From the IMG/VR virus record IMGVR_UViG_3300045988_101411: a stretch of DNA of 33,213 nt; one strand, written 5' to 3'. Positions 19,714 through 29,180 of the stretch are shown here, piece by piece. The stretch is from a virus (taxonomy: Duplodnaviria > Heunggongvirae > Uroviricota > Caudoviricetes). The notes beneath the pieces were generated by a model. That model saw only the letters and a program-made list of their open reading frames with translations, had not been told where the DNA came from and did no database searches. The position numbers and the translations under genes were made by a program. Positions within the stretch are counted from its first letter, which is position 1, and each line of letters starts with the position of its first letter.

Positions 19714-20568
19714 TCAGCAGTTCGTCATCAGGGCGTCACCGCCACCACCGGTGGCCTTGCTGCGGCGCTGCTGGGTCAGACTTTCGGTGTGGTCGAGACT
19801 GTTTTTCAGGCGGGTGAATGCCTGGCTGGTTTCATCCGCCCTGTCTGTCACCTCCTGCTTAAGTGCGGAAAAGGCGGTTTCCATCTCAGCGAGGCGCTGC
19901 TCAGTGGCGCTCAGTTTTTCCTGCACATGTTCAGCGACAGCGGTCACCGCTTCATGCACGTCATTCAGACGGGCGTCATCGCTCGCCTGTTTGCGGCCAA
20001 AAATGGATTTCACCTTTTCGGTCAGGGCGGTGAACACGGTTTCAGGCAGGTCTTCAAATTCCAGCTCAACAGGCGTTGCCACTGAAATCAGGTTTTCAGG
20101 GCTTAATTTGAAGCGGTTCAGAGGGTTGTGTTTTGCCGTGCGGCAGAATTCAAGGTATTCCGTGCCGAGGCTTGCCGGGTCATCGGTGACGGCCAGCCCC
20201 ACCAGATAACATTTGCCGGTGTTGGCAAAGTTCGGCTGAATTTCCATTGAGGTGTAGACCTTCTGCGCGGCCTTGTTCATCGCGATAAGGTCATCGGTCG
20301 GGGTGATTTTCGCAAACAGCGCCCATTTGCCTTTCAGCGCCGAATCATCGTCAATCTTTTCGGCCTTCAGTTCGGCCACATCGCCATAACGCTTAAAAAT
20401 ACCGTCAGGCAGGATGCCGCGCAGATGTTCCAGGTTAATGCGGCAACCATAGACTCGCGGGTCAAAGGTTTCGGCCATTTCCTGAATATCCTGCGCACTG
20501 ATGACACGCCCGTCACAGGTGTCACCCTCAACGCCGATACGAAAGAATTTTGAGACTTTTTTTGCCAT
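19714..20568 (-). CDS. O: Capsid scaffolding protein O, 284 aa
   Basis: Start MAKKVSKFFRIG... at ATG 20566-20568 (track ORF extended upstream); length matches P2 O. Confidence 0.85.
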   Translation of the reverse strand: MAKKVSKFFRIGVEGDTCDGRVISAQDIQEMAETFDPRVYGCRINLEHLRGILPDGIFKRYGDVAELKAEKIDDDSALKGKWALFAKITPTDDLIAMNKAAQKVYTSMEIQPNFANTGKCYLVGLAVTDDPASLGTEYLEFCRTAKHNPLNRFKLSPENLISVATPVELEFEDLPETVFTALTEKVKSIFGRKQASDDARLNDVHEAVTAVAEHVQEKLSATEQRLAEMETAFSALKQEVTDRADETSQAFTRLKNSLDHTESLTQQRRSKATGGGGDALMTNC

Positions 20569-20741
20569 TGTCAGGAGTCCTGAATAGTGATTAGAGGAGT
20601 CACATGTCGGCATCAGTTTCCCGACGATGCGCATCCTCCGCCATCAGTCCCGGATGGCTTATCACTGACACAACAGCACCTTAGCGAATCGCGGGGCGCG
20701 ACTCAGTAGCCTTGCCGTGTATTCATCACGGCGAGGTATTC
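20569..20741. promoter_or_regulatory. Divergent late promoter region P_O (leftward) / P_P (rightward)
   Basis: Only gap between divergently transcribed O and P; contains dyad GTCGG-N10-CCGAC; corresponds to the P2 P_O/P_P region. Confidence 0.4.
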
Positions 20742-22514
20742 ATGACCATCACCACAGACACCACTCTTTTACACGACCCGCGTCGTCAGGCGGCGCTGCT
20801 GTACTGGCAGGGGTTTTCCGTGCCGCAGATTGCCGCCATGTTGCAGATGAAACGCCCGACAGTGCAGAGCTGGAAACAGCGCGACGGCTGGGACAGCGTT
20901 GCCCCCATCAGCCGTGTCGAAATGAGTCTGGAAGCGCGGCTGACCCAGCTCATCATCAAACCGCAGAAAACCGGCGGTGACTTCAAGGAAATTGACCTGC
21001 TGGGACGCCAGATTGAACGACTGGCACGGGTAAACCGTTACAGCCAGACCGGCAACGAGGCAGACCTTAATCCGAACGTCGCTAACCGCAACAAAGGCGG
21101 GCGTCGCAAACCGAAAAAGAATTTTTTCAGTGACGAGGCCATCGAAAAGCTGGAGCAGATTTTCTTTGAGCAGTCTTTCGACTATCAGTTGCACTGGTAT
21201 CGCGCCGGGCTTGAGCACCGCATTCGCGATATCCTGAAATCCCGCCAGATTGGCGCGACGTTTTATTTTTCCCGCGAGGCGCTGCTGCGCGCCCTGAAAA
21301 CCGGCCATAACCAGATTTTTCTGTCGGCCAGTAAAACGCAGGCGTATGTGTTCCGTGAATACATCATCGCCTTTGCCCGGCTGGTTGACGTTGACCTGAC
21401 CGGTGACCCGATTGTCCTGGGCAATAACGGCGCAAAACTGATTTTTCTCGGCACCAACTCCAACACCGCGCAGAGCCATAACGGCGACCTGTACGTCGAC
21501 GAGATTTTCTGGATCCCGAATTTTCAGGTGCTGCGTAAGGTGGCATCAGGTATGGCCTCACAGAGTCACCTGCGCTCGACCTATTTCTCCACCCCGTCCA
21601 CTCTGGCGCACGACGCCTACCCGTTCTGGTCAGGTGAACTGTTTAACCGGGGACGCGCCAGCGCCGCCGAACGCGTGGAAATCGACGTCAGTCATAACGC
21701 CCTTGCCGGTGGGCTTCTCTGTGAGGACGGCCAGTGGCGGCAGATTGTCACCATTGAGGACGCGCTGAAAGGCGGCTGCACGCTGTTCGACATTGAGCAG
21801 CTCAAACGCGAAAACAGCGCCGACGATTTTAAAAACCTGTTCATGTGTGAATTTGTTGACGACAAGGCGTCGGTGTTCCCGTTCGAGGAGCTGCAACGCT
21901 GCATGGTCGACACGCTGGAAGAATGGGAAGACTATGCGCCGTTTGCCGCCAATCCGTTCGGCTCCCGCCCGGTATGGATTGGTTACGACCCGTCACACCG
22001 TGGCGACAGCGCCGGATGCGTGGTGCTGGCACCACCGGTGGTAGCCGGTGGCAAATTCAGAATACTTGAGCGTCACCAGTGGAAAGGCATGGACTTTGCC
22101 ACCCAGGCGGAATCCATCCGCAAACTCACCGAAAAATATAACGTCGAATACATCGGTATTGATGCCACCGGCCTCGGTGTCGGCGTGTTCCAGCTCGTGC
22201 GCTCGTTCTATCCCGCCGCGCGCGACATCCGCTACACGCCGGAAATGAAAACCGCAATGGTGCTCAAGGCAAAAGACGTTATCCGTCGTGGCTGTCTGGA
22301 ATATGACGTCAGCGCCACCGACATCACCAGCTCGTTTATGGCTATCCGCAAGACCATGACCAGCAGCGGACGCAGCGCCACCTATGAGGCCAGCCGCAGC
22401 GAGGAAGCCAGCCACGCCGACCTCGCCTGGGCGACCATGCACGCCCTGTTAAATGAGCCACTCACCGCCGGTATCAGCACCCCGCTGACATCCACCATTC
22501 TGGAGTTTTACTGA
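20742..22514 (+). CDS. P: Terminase large (ATPase) subunit P, 590 aa
   Basis: Start MTITTDTTLL... with GAGG Shine-Dalgarno; length matches P2 P. Confidence 0.9.
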   Translation: MTITTDTTLLHDPRRQAALLYWQGFSVPQIAAMLQMKRPTVQSWKQRDGWDSVAPISRVEMSLEARLTQLIIKPQKTGGDFKEIDLLGRQIERLARVNRYSQTGNEADLNPNVANRNKGGRRKPKKNFFSDEAIEKLEQIFFEQSFDYQLHWYRAGLEHRIRDILKSRQIGATFYFSREALLRALKTGHNQIFLSASKTQAYVFREYIIAFARLVDVDLTGDPIVLGNNGAKLIFLGTNSNTAQSHNGDLYVDEIFWIPNFQVLRKVASGMASQSHLRSTYFSTPSTLAHDAYPFWSGELFNRGRASAAERVEIDVSHNALAGGLLCEDGQWRQIVTIEDALKGGCTLFDIEQLKRENSADDFKNLFMCEFVDDKASVFPFEELQRCMVDTLEEWEDYAPFAANPFGSRPVWIGYDPSHRGDSAGCVVLAPPVVAGGKFRILERHQWKGMDFATQAESIRKLTEKYNVEYIGIDATGLGVGVFQLVRSFYPAARDIRYTPEMKTAMVLKAKDVIRRGCLEYDVSATDITSSFMAIRKTMTSSGRSATYEASRSEEASHADLAWATMHALLNEPLTAGISTPLTSTILEFY

Positions 22515-23548
22515 TGAGCAAGAAAAAAGGGAAAACACCGCAACCTGCGGCAAAAACAATCACCGCCAGCGCCCCGAAAATGGAAGCATTCACCTTTGGC
22601 GAGCCGGTGCCGGTACTCGACCGCCGTGACATTCTGGATTACGTCGAGTGCATCAGTAACGGCAGATGGTATGAGCCGCCGGTCAGCTTTACCGGTCTGG
22701 CAAAAAGCCTGCGTGCTGCCGTGCATCACAGCTCTCCGATTTACGTCAAACGTAATATTCTGGCTTCAACGTTTATCCCGCACCCGTGGCTTTCCCAGCA
22801 GGATTTCAGCCGTTTTGTGCTGGATTTTCTGGTGTTCGGTAATGCGTTTCTGGAAAAGCGTTACAGCACCACCGGTAAGGTCATCAGACTGGAAACCTCA
22901 CCGGCAAAATATACCCGCCGTGGCGTGGAGGAGGATGTTTACTGGTGGGTGCCGTCCTTCAACGAGCCGACAGCCTTCACGCCCGGCTCCGTGTTTCACC
23001 TGCTGGAGCCGGATATTAATCAGGAGCTGTACGGCCTGCCGGAATATCTCAGCGCCCTTAATTCTGCCTGGCTGAATGAGTCGGCCACGCTGTTCCGCCG
23101 AAAGTATTACGAAAATGGCGCTCATGCCGGATACATCATGTACGTCACCGATGCCGTGCAGGATCGCAACGATATCGAAATGCTTCGCGAAAACATGGTG
23201 AAGTCGAAAGGCCGCAACAACTTTAAAAATCTGTTTCTCTATGCCCCACAAGGGAAAGCCGACGGCATTAAAATTATCCCGCTCAGTGAAGTGGCAACGA
23301 AGGATGATTTTTTTAATATCAAAAAAGCCAGCGCCGCAGACCTGCTGGACGCGCACCGCATCCCCTTTCAGTTGATGGGCGGCAAGCCGGAGAACGTCGG
23401 GTCACTGGGCGATATTGAGAAAGTGGCAAAGGTCTTTGTCCGCAATGAGCTTATCCCGCTACAGGACAGGATCCGCGAGATAAACGGCTGGCTTGGTCAG
23501 GAGGTCATCCGCTTTAAAAACTACTCACTGGACACTGACAACGGCTGA
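22514..23548 (+). CDS. Q: Portal protein Q, 344 aa
   Basis: ATGA overlap with P stop; length matches P2 Q. Confidence 0.9.
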   Translation: MSKKKGKTPQPAAKTITASAPKMEAFTFGEPVPVLDRRDILDYVECISNGRWYEPPVSFTGLAKSLRAAVHHSSPIYVKRNILASTFIPHPWLSQQDFSRFVLDFLVFGNAFLEKRYSTTGKVIRLETSPAKYTRRGVEEDVYWWVPSFNEPTAFTPGSVFHLLEPDINQELYGLPEYLSALNSAWLNESATLFRRKYYENGAHAGYIMYVTDAVQDRNDIEMLRENMVKSKGRNNFKNLFLYAPQGKADGIKIIPLSEVATKDDFFNIKKASAADLLDAHRIPFQLMGGKPENVGSLGDIEKVAKVFVRNELIPLQDRIREINGWLGQEVIRFKNYSLDTDNG

Positions 23549-23553
23549 ACATC

Positions 23554-23575
23554 GCCGCCTGCGGGCGGCTTTTTT
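23554..23575 (+). terminator. Rho-independent terminator after Q
   Basis: GCCGCC-TGCG-GGCGGC stem-loop followed by a T-run (23570-23575). Confidence 0.8.
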
Positions 23576-23717
23576 ACACCCCGTCATCACGCCCTCACAC
23601 GCTCGCCACCGCACAAAACATCCCGCAGACACACCAACGCCCCAGCACACAATCTAAACGCCATCACGACGCGCTCAGACGCTGAAAAAATAAAATCAGC
23701 ACCACCGCCAGCGCGCA

Positions 23718-23736
23718 GTGCTTTCCCCGCCTCGCC
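23718..23736. other. cos: cos site (19-nt cohesive-end sequence)
   Basis: GTGCTTTCCCCGCCTCGCC is the reverse complement of GGCGAGGCGGGGAAAGCAC, the P2 cohesive end as I recall it; located between Q and the cargo, as expected. Confidence 0.8.
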
Positions 23737-23873
23737 CGCCCGCTTCACGGGGCAATTTGAATGCAAATGCATTAGCATTCAAAAGCTATCCCCCAAGCAG
23801 CCTGTAAGAGTTTTTACCTCTACTTGTTTTGCATGCAAATTAATGCAATAGCATATACACCTACAGCATCTGA

Positions 23874-25163
23874 CTACTTTGTAAAAAGAGGCCTATATTT
23901 TTCAAACAAGGAGGTTTCGGATGTATTAACATCAGTGGCAGGCTGCATCTCAGCATGTTGCTTTTGTAAACGCTTAAATCTATCAATTGAATCTTTAATT
24001 AACCAAGACATTGACACCATTTCTAAAGGAGTGCGAAGCATCATTTGCCATGACACCCCCCAAATCAATGAGCTACCAAATTCTTTAAATATCATCGAAT
24101 AGTCTTCACCATCGACAAAAACAAGCTCAAACCCTTCATTCAAAGCTATTTGTTTAAAACAATCCAAATCAAGAACACAGAGAATGGTTAACTCCCCATT
24201 TATAAAGTCACACAAATCACGCGCATCATTTATAAGATTAACAAATGGAGTTAAAGGAACCCACAATTGATTATTTTTATATTCATTCAAAAATATAGGT
24301 GCAATTTTCCTCCCTCTAAGATCCAACTGTGATAATGCTATTTCCAGATCACAGCCACGATTAGATACCACATAAAATCCATCTTCTAGCCTTACCCATG
24401 AAATTCCTTTTTTCCTGCATACATTCAGATGCTCATTAAATTCTTTTTTATATGTAACTTCTGAAAAACACAGTTCTTTCCTTAACACTAATGGCATCCC
24501 TCTAAAATCTTCAGCTTTATCTTCTGCTAAAAATTCAGCCAGTCTATTAAGGTTATTTTTTTGACGTTCAACACGATCATTTTTATTTTGACTTGATTTC
24601 ACCTCCACTAGTACTGGTGCACCTTCACCAAGTAAACAAACATCACCATGCCTCATACTCATTGTAATATCATTGAGTAACGTAGGAACACCAGCCTTGC
24701 AGGCCTTCTTCACCAATTCCCATTCTTCTTTTAAGCCATCCTTCCCTCCCATATAGCCTGCTGACTCCTTGGGACTGTAATCCACAACATTATAAAAAAA
24801 ATGCTTAATATCAAACTTATCCAAATACAAAAAAGCAACACTATCACCAAACATTTTGAAGATATATATTTTAAATTTCACATCATCAATAACCTGCTCA
24901 ACACTCTTAATATTTTCCTTAATAAGTTTAGATTGTTCTTTTTTTAAACCACCTTTTCTTTTTGTTGCCTTTAGTTCCCCTAAGAAAGACTTTAATCCTT
25001 TGATCATCCTTTCACTTCTAATTATATTCCTTATTATTTTGAACTGAAACGACAACAACAAATCTGTATTTTTTAGGTTTCCCTCTAATTTTACCAGGTC
25101 TTTTTTCAAATCAAACACTACCGAGTCATGCAATTTTCGACTCAATTCAGTCTTAAACTTCAT
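23874..25163 (-). CDS. Cargo gene 2 of the tin/old-hotspot cassette: 429-aa protein with PD-(D/E)xK-like nuclease signature; function unknown
   Basis: ATG 25161-25163 with GAGGGA Shine-Dalgarno; EEWELVKK (acidic helix) then RHGDVCLLGEGAPVLVEVKSS (D174, E187-x-K189; motif encoded at 24597-24644, verified by manual translation); no Walker A P-loop; strongly AT-rich. Confidence 0.85.
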   Translation of the reverse strand: MKFKTELSRKLHDSVVFDLKKDLVKLEGNLKNTDLLLSFQFKIIRNIIRSERMIKGLKSFLGELKATKRKGGLKKEQSKLIKENIKSVEQVIDDVKFKIYIFKMFGDSVAFLYLDKFDIKHFFYNVVDYSPKESAGYMGGKDGLKEEWELVKKACKAGVPTLLNDITMSMRHGDVCLLGEGAPVLVEVKSSQNKNDRVERQKNNLNRLAEFLAEDKAEDFRGMPLVLRKELCFSEVTYKKEFNEHLNVCRKKGISWVRLEDGFYVVSNRGCDLEIALSQLDLRGRKIAPIFLNEYKNNQLWVPLTPFVNLINDARDLCDFINGELTILCVLDLDCFKQIALNEGFELVFVDGEDYSMIFKEFGSSLIWGVSWQMMLRTPLEMVSMSWLIKDSIDRFKRLQKQHAEMQPATDVNTSETSLFEKYRPLFTK

Positions 25164-25275
25164 AGTTCCCTCAATAAAAGCAACTTACAGTCAAGGTAAT
25201 TACTCCTGTAGTGGAACAGACTATTGCAGTCTCGCTCCACCACTAGTATAACAAGTGTCAATACGGCATCAACGA

Positions 25276-26007
25276 TTAGTTATCTAATACTGAAACGACT
25301 TCGCCCGTTCGGATGTCGACACGCGCAGCAATAGTCTGTTTAACTACTCCTCCATAAGCATTAGTGCCACGAAATGTGGTTTTCACAATGGCGTGCGGGT
25401 CTTTATTCAAAACCAAATGATATACCGTTGACACATGTTTATAAGATGAATCATCGTTCATATTATCTTTAATTAGTTTTTCCAATGGACGATAAGAACC
25501 ATCCCAACCACTAAAATTGCTCTGAAATGTATCAAGATTGATTTTATTGTTTAGTGAATTCGGGTCATTTTCATAATCATTAAAGCACCACCCAAGAACA
25601 TCACCGAGTTTCAACTCATCATCTTTGGTAAATGTATACTCACTCATGCAGGCATAAAATGCATCTGATGCGGTGACTGGCACTTTCTTAAAGTTAATGT
25701 AACTATTCACAATATCGTGTCGAGTCTTCTTTGGCTCGTTCCGATATTCCTTGAGTGTTTTTTCAGTATATTCGAATGTTTTTTGAGCCTGGTGTTCTGC
25801 TACGGTTGCTGTTTCAGTTTTAGCAACTGGCTGGCTTTTTTCTGTTGGGTAGAGTATTGAACCAATTATGCTCAATGCAAAACCACCTCCGAGATAAACC
25901 GCACTTGCACGTTTACGGTTTGGCATCCGCACCAGTGATGGCTTGATTAACCCGATGAAAAAAGCAACGAAAAAAGCGAGTGATAGAAAAGCGATTACAA
26001 TATCCAT
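25276..26007 (-). CDS. Cargo gene 1 of the tin/old-hotspot cassette: membrane protein with two N-terminal TM helices and a soluble C-terminal domain, about 243 aa; function unknown
   Basis: ATG 26005-26007 with AGGA Shine-Dalgarno (track ORF starts at an upstream GTG 26031); hydrophobic segments IVIAFLSLAFFVAFFIGLI and AVYLGGGFALSIIGSILY; co-oriented with the downstream 429-aa gene; AT-rich. Confidence 0.8.
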   Translation of the reverse strand: MDIVIAFLSLAFFVAFFIGLIKPSLVRMPNRKRASAVYLGGGFALSIIGSILYPTEKSQPVAKTETATVAEHQAQKTFEYTEKTLKEYRNEPKKTRHDIVNSYINFKKVPVTASDAFYACMSEYTFTKDDELKLGDVLGWCFNDYENDPNSLNNKINLDTFQSNFSGWDGSYRPLEKLIKDNMNDDSSYKHVSTVYHLVLNKDPHAIVKTTFRGTNAYGGVVKQTIAARVDIRTGEVVSVLDN

Positions 26008-26236
26008 AGCTATCCTTTTTGCATCATCCACATAAAAAATCGACCTTATGTTAGCAACAGGAAGCTTACTTTTGAATATTTGTAAGTTGTTAGCTTTAGC
26101 TCTCCGAGCTAACTCCTTTCAACCGTCAAAAACCAGCACCAACGCAGTAAAAATATGACTGTCAACTAACGCCTCGCTTCGCTCGTTGTTCAACCCCGCC
26201 AGCCCTGAAAACAAGTTTCACGACTGGCGGCGTTCT

Positions 26237-26443
26237 CTATCGTCTGCGTGGTGGTGGCGTAACTCTTGATTGACCGATATGGTTAAACCGCCCGTAATTA
26301 TCCCGGACTATTTCGGCACACCCGACTAGCTCATCTGGCGTCAGATTTTCGTTGACCATAATCCGCTGTAAACGCTGAACAATAGCCATCAGCTTGATAT
26401 TTTTAGTTTTATGGTGCGGTATCTCGCCTGGTATTCTGTGCAT
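26237..26443 (-). CDS. Small hypothetical protein (about 68 aa), translationally coupled to the upstream ASCH gene
   Basis: ATG overlaps the ASCH stop (TAATG at 26441-26445); no recognisable motif. Confidence 0.5.
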   Translation of the reverse strand: MHRIPGEIPHHKTKNIKLMAIVQRLQRIMVNENLTPDELVGCAEIVRDNYGRFNHIGQSRVTPPPRRR

Positions 26444-26895
26444 TATCCAAGCCACCCGTTTTGCTGTGCACGCTCCATCTGTTCATCTGAATAGTTCCAT
26501 GCTTCATCCGTGGCAACCATTGCACCGCCAGACATCCCCGTCTCTGGTTCATACATAACAGCAAGGCCGAGCTGATGCATAATTTCATGATTAATTCTGA
26601 ATACCAGACCACGCTCACTAAGTTCTTTCCAGTTCACAATCTCATATGCACCTGTATTAAGCAGCTCAATACTTAGCAAGACATAATCTTCCAGCCAGTC
26701 TGACAGGTCAGTAACATCTGTTATCCGGGCTTCAACCTTTCGCCCCGTATACACACCCTGCCCCCATTCATGCAAAATCAACGTGTCCCCGCGCTCATAA
26801 TTACGGTCATTTTTCCGAAACTCTGCGCGTTTCTTTCCTTCCAGCACAAGGTCGAAATATTTTGCGTGCAGCTTTACCTCGTGAATTTTTGCCAT
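26443..26895 (-). CDS. ASCH-domain protein (GxKxxExR motif) with a C-terminal HExxH motif, about 150 aa
   Basis: LEGKKRAEFR matches the ASCH hallmark GxKxxExR; NHEIMH contains HExxH; start ATG overlaps the A stop (TGATG) with GGAG Shine-Dalgarno. Confidence 0.75.
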   Translation of the reverse strand: MAKIHEVKLHAKYFDLVLEGKKRAEFRKNDRNYERGDTLILHEWGQGVYTGRKVEARITDVTDLSDWLEDYVLLSIELLNTGAYEIVNWKELSERGLVFRINHEIMHQLGLAVMYEPETGMSGGAMVATDEAWNYSDEQMERAQQNGWLG

Positions 26896-29180
26896 CATGT
26901 CCACTCCATTACTGTTGAAAATCCCGGCCATTCATCAGCGACCGGATACGTGAATTTTTTCCCGTCATAATTTACGGTTGCCCCACGCGCCAGCGCCTCA
27001 AGCTCCCATCGCTGCGGCCTGATACTATTCTGAGCAAGGTCAACGCGGATACGGGTAATTTGCATTCTTTCCGACCGGGTCAGTCTGGCCGATGGTGCAA
27101 TTTCATGTGGTTTTAACGGGCTTCCGTTTCTTTGCTGACGGTTTGGCGTTCTCAGGTCGTGTTTTAATGCGCCCCTGAGCGCCCTCACGACCTCCGGTTC
27201 ATTCCATTCAATAACACCGTTATCAACCAGATTAAGCACTGCTGCGGCGTGCTCAGAAGGTGTGGGAGCCGGTAACGAAGCATCACCACCAGTGAGCTTT
27301 CCACAGTTATTGACAGGACTCCGAGGCGCGGCGATGCCGCTTTTTAAAGTCAAAGGCTCAACGACCGGCACTTTCGGAACAATGCGCCAGTCCGTCGTTC
27401 TGGTGATATGAATATGACGCGCGCCGAGATGCGGCGCGTAAATGCCGACCACTCTCTCGACTTCTTCCTCATACTCGTTAACGTCATCCGACGGGCTACG
27501 GGCGACCCTGACAGTCTGACAATCGCGCGGGACATTTGCCCCACCCTGCGCGCTGATATACAGCGCAAAATCGCCACTGTCTGCGGCAGCGCGTGCAGCC
27601 TCGACGCGTTCGTCAAACTCATCAGCAATGCTGACGCCGCGAGGCAATTTGCGTAGTTCACGGTAAGCCCCCATTGTCGGCAGGCCAACCGTTTTAAATT
27701 GCGGAATGCGCCACGTTGACGCCCATGCGGTAACAGCCGCGGCAGTGTCTTTCAGCGGCCTGCCGGTATCGTTATCGAGCTGACCATCCAGTGCATAGCC
27801 GTCGATGTTTTTTGAAATGTATTTCGCGATATATCCCGCAGCACCGCCCCGGTTAAGGTGTTTTGCCTGAAAACGGTTTCGCGCAGCTCCTCTTTCGTCT
27901 CCATCCTCTTTGAGCGCGTAGCGACGCATGATTTCGATAATCTGGTTACGCTGGCGTGGATTACAAAAAAGCATCATATGCCAGTGCGGCGTTCCGTCGT
28001 GGTGTGGCTCGACGACACGCAAACCGTAGACCTGTAAATCATTATCCTTGAATGCCGTGCGCATCAGGCTCCAGATGCGGCAGAGATAACGCTGCGCATC
28101 CTTTGGATTAAATGCCTCATCGTTCCAGCCGTGATTAAGCTGAACGGTTTTACTTTCGCCTTTTCTGACCTGACGTGTCGGGTGATACTTTGACGGCGCG
28201 GTCAGCGTGATAAACATCCCCACATCACCCTCTGCGGCGGCGTAACGCTCAATACCGGCAATGGTGTTCATCAGCTCCATCCGGCGAATTTCAGGATTAG
28301 AAATACTGCCCATCACCTTACTGATAAGGTCGATACGCTCGCCGGTTTCCCTGTTTTCAAGGTCACACGATTTAAGAAATTCCAGATTTGCCTGGCGGCG
28401 CGCACGCACATCACGAATGGCGTGTTTACTGGCATAAGGAGAACGGTCTTTATTGACCTCCCCGACAGCTATCAGTAACGCTTCATGCCAGCGCATACGC
28501 TGGCCTTTAAGCTGATGAGTCCACCACTCATCGTTAAACAGACGGGCAATTGCAGAATATGCCTGCCTCGTGGTCATCTGTCCTTTACGGTATTTTTTCC
28601 AGTAAAGCGGGGAAATATTGAAAGCACGTGCAGCGCCAGCAACATGACCATAGAGGTGAGCCTGCGCCTCATCCGTAAACAGCGATTCTTTCTCGCCATG
28701 CGCATCCACCCAGGCATCGCAGAGTTCCTCATACATCATGAAAAGCTGTGATGAGATACGGGCGGCAAACTTTTTCAGCTCCTTGTCATTCATCCCCGGC
28801 AGGCGCGCATACTGGTCGCGCTCTGCCAGAAACAGCAACGACGCGTCGGTGTTCATTTCATGGCGCTGATTCACGCGCTCAATGCGCGGCCATAAACGAC
28901 GCTGAAAAGTGGATGTGAGGAAATAAAACCCGTGTACCGGGCTTTTATTGCGCCGGATGTAGTCATAGCGTGAAGTAAACAGCGAGCGCAAAAAGTAAGG
29001 CAGGCGGTTAATCGTGGATAAAACACCTTGCACCTGACGCATCTCATCACGTGTAAGGGGTCTTTCGCGCCCGACAGCCTCGCGTGGCGCGTTCCATGCA
29101 TAAGCACCGGCAAACGTCTTACCGGTGCCTGCGGCAAATGCTGACGGAGGGACAAAACGCCCGGAGGCTTTAACGGCCAT
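26895..29180 (-). CDS. A: Replication initiation protein A (rolling-circle nickase), 761 aa
   Basis: Start MAVKASGRFVPP... at ATG 29178-29180 (track ORF extends to a TTG); length matches P2 A; position after orf83. Confidence 0.88.
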   Translation of the reverse strand: MAVKASGRFVPPSAFAAGTGKTFAGAYAWNAPREAVGRERPLTRDEMRQVQGVLSTINRLPYFLRSLFTSRYDYIRRNKSPVHGFYFLTSTFQRRLWPRIERVNQRHEMNTDASLLFLAERDQYARLPGMNDKELKKFAARISSQLFMMYEELCDAWVDAHGEKESLFTDEAQAHLYGHVAGAARAFNISPLYWKKYRKGQMTTRQAYSAIARLFNDEWWTHQLKGQRMRWHEALLIAVGEVNKDRSPYASKHAIRDVRARRQANLEFLKSCDLENRETGERIDLISKVMGSISNPEIRRMELMNTIAGIERYAAAEGDVGMFITLTAPSKYHPTRQVRKGESKTVQLNHGWNDEAFNPKDAQRYLCRIWSLMRTAFKDNDLQVYGLRVVEPHHDGTPHWHMMLFCNPRQRNQIIEIMRRYALKEDGDERGAARNRFQAKHLNRGGAAGYIAKYISKNIDGYALDGQLDNDTGRPLKDTAAAVTAWASTWRIPQFKTVGLPTMGAYRELRKLPRGVSIADEFDERVEAARAAADSGDFALYISAQGGANVPRDCQTVRVARSPSDDVNEYEEEVERVVGIYAPHLGARHIHITRTTDWRIVPKVPVVEPLTLKSGIAAPRSPVNNCGKLTGGDASLPAPTPSEHAAAVLNLVDNGVIEWNEPEVVRALRGALKHDLRTPNRQQRNGSPLKPHEIAPSARLTRSERMQITRIRVDLAQNSIRPQRWELEALARGATVNYDGKKFTYPVADEWPGFSTVMEWT

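Noticed and set aside
20769-21479. 236-aa minus-strand ORF
   Set aside because: Entirely antisense within the terminase large-subunit gene P; no independent support.
23824-24102. 92-aa plus-strand ORF at the end of the cargo cassette
   Set aside because: Overlaps the 3' end of the 429-aa gene on the opposite strand in AT-rich DNA; likely spurious.
23874-26007. Possibility that the cargo pair is simply P2 old/tin
   Set aside because: Old is a much larger protein (about 586 aa as I recall) with a P-loop ATPase and is encoded on the opposite strand to A in P2. The 429-aa protein has no GxxxxGK[ST] motif and both genes are co-oriented with A. I cannot exclude that the membrane protein is Tin-like, since I do not remember the Tin sequence.
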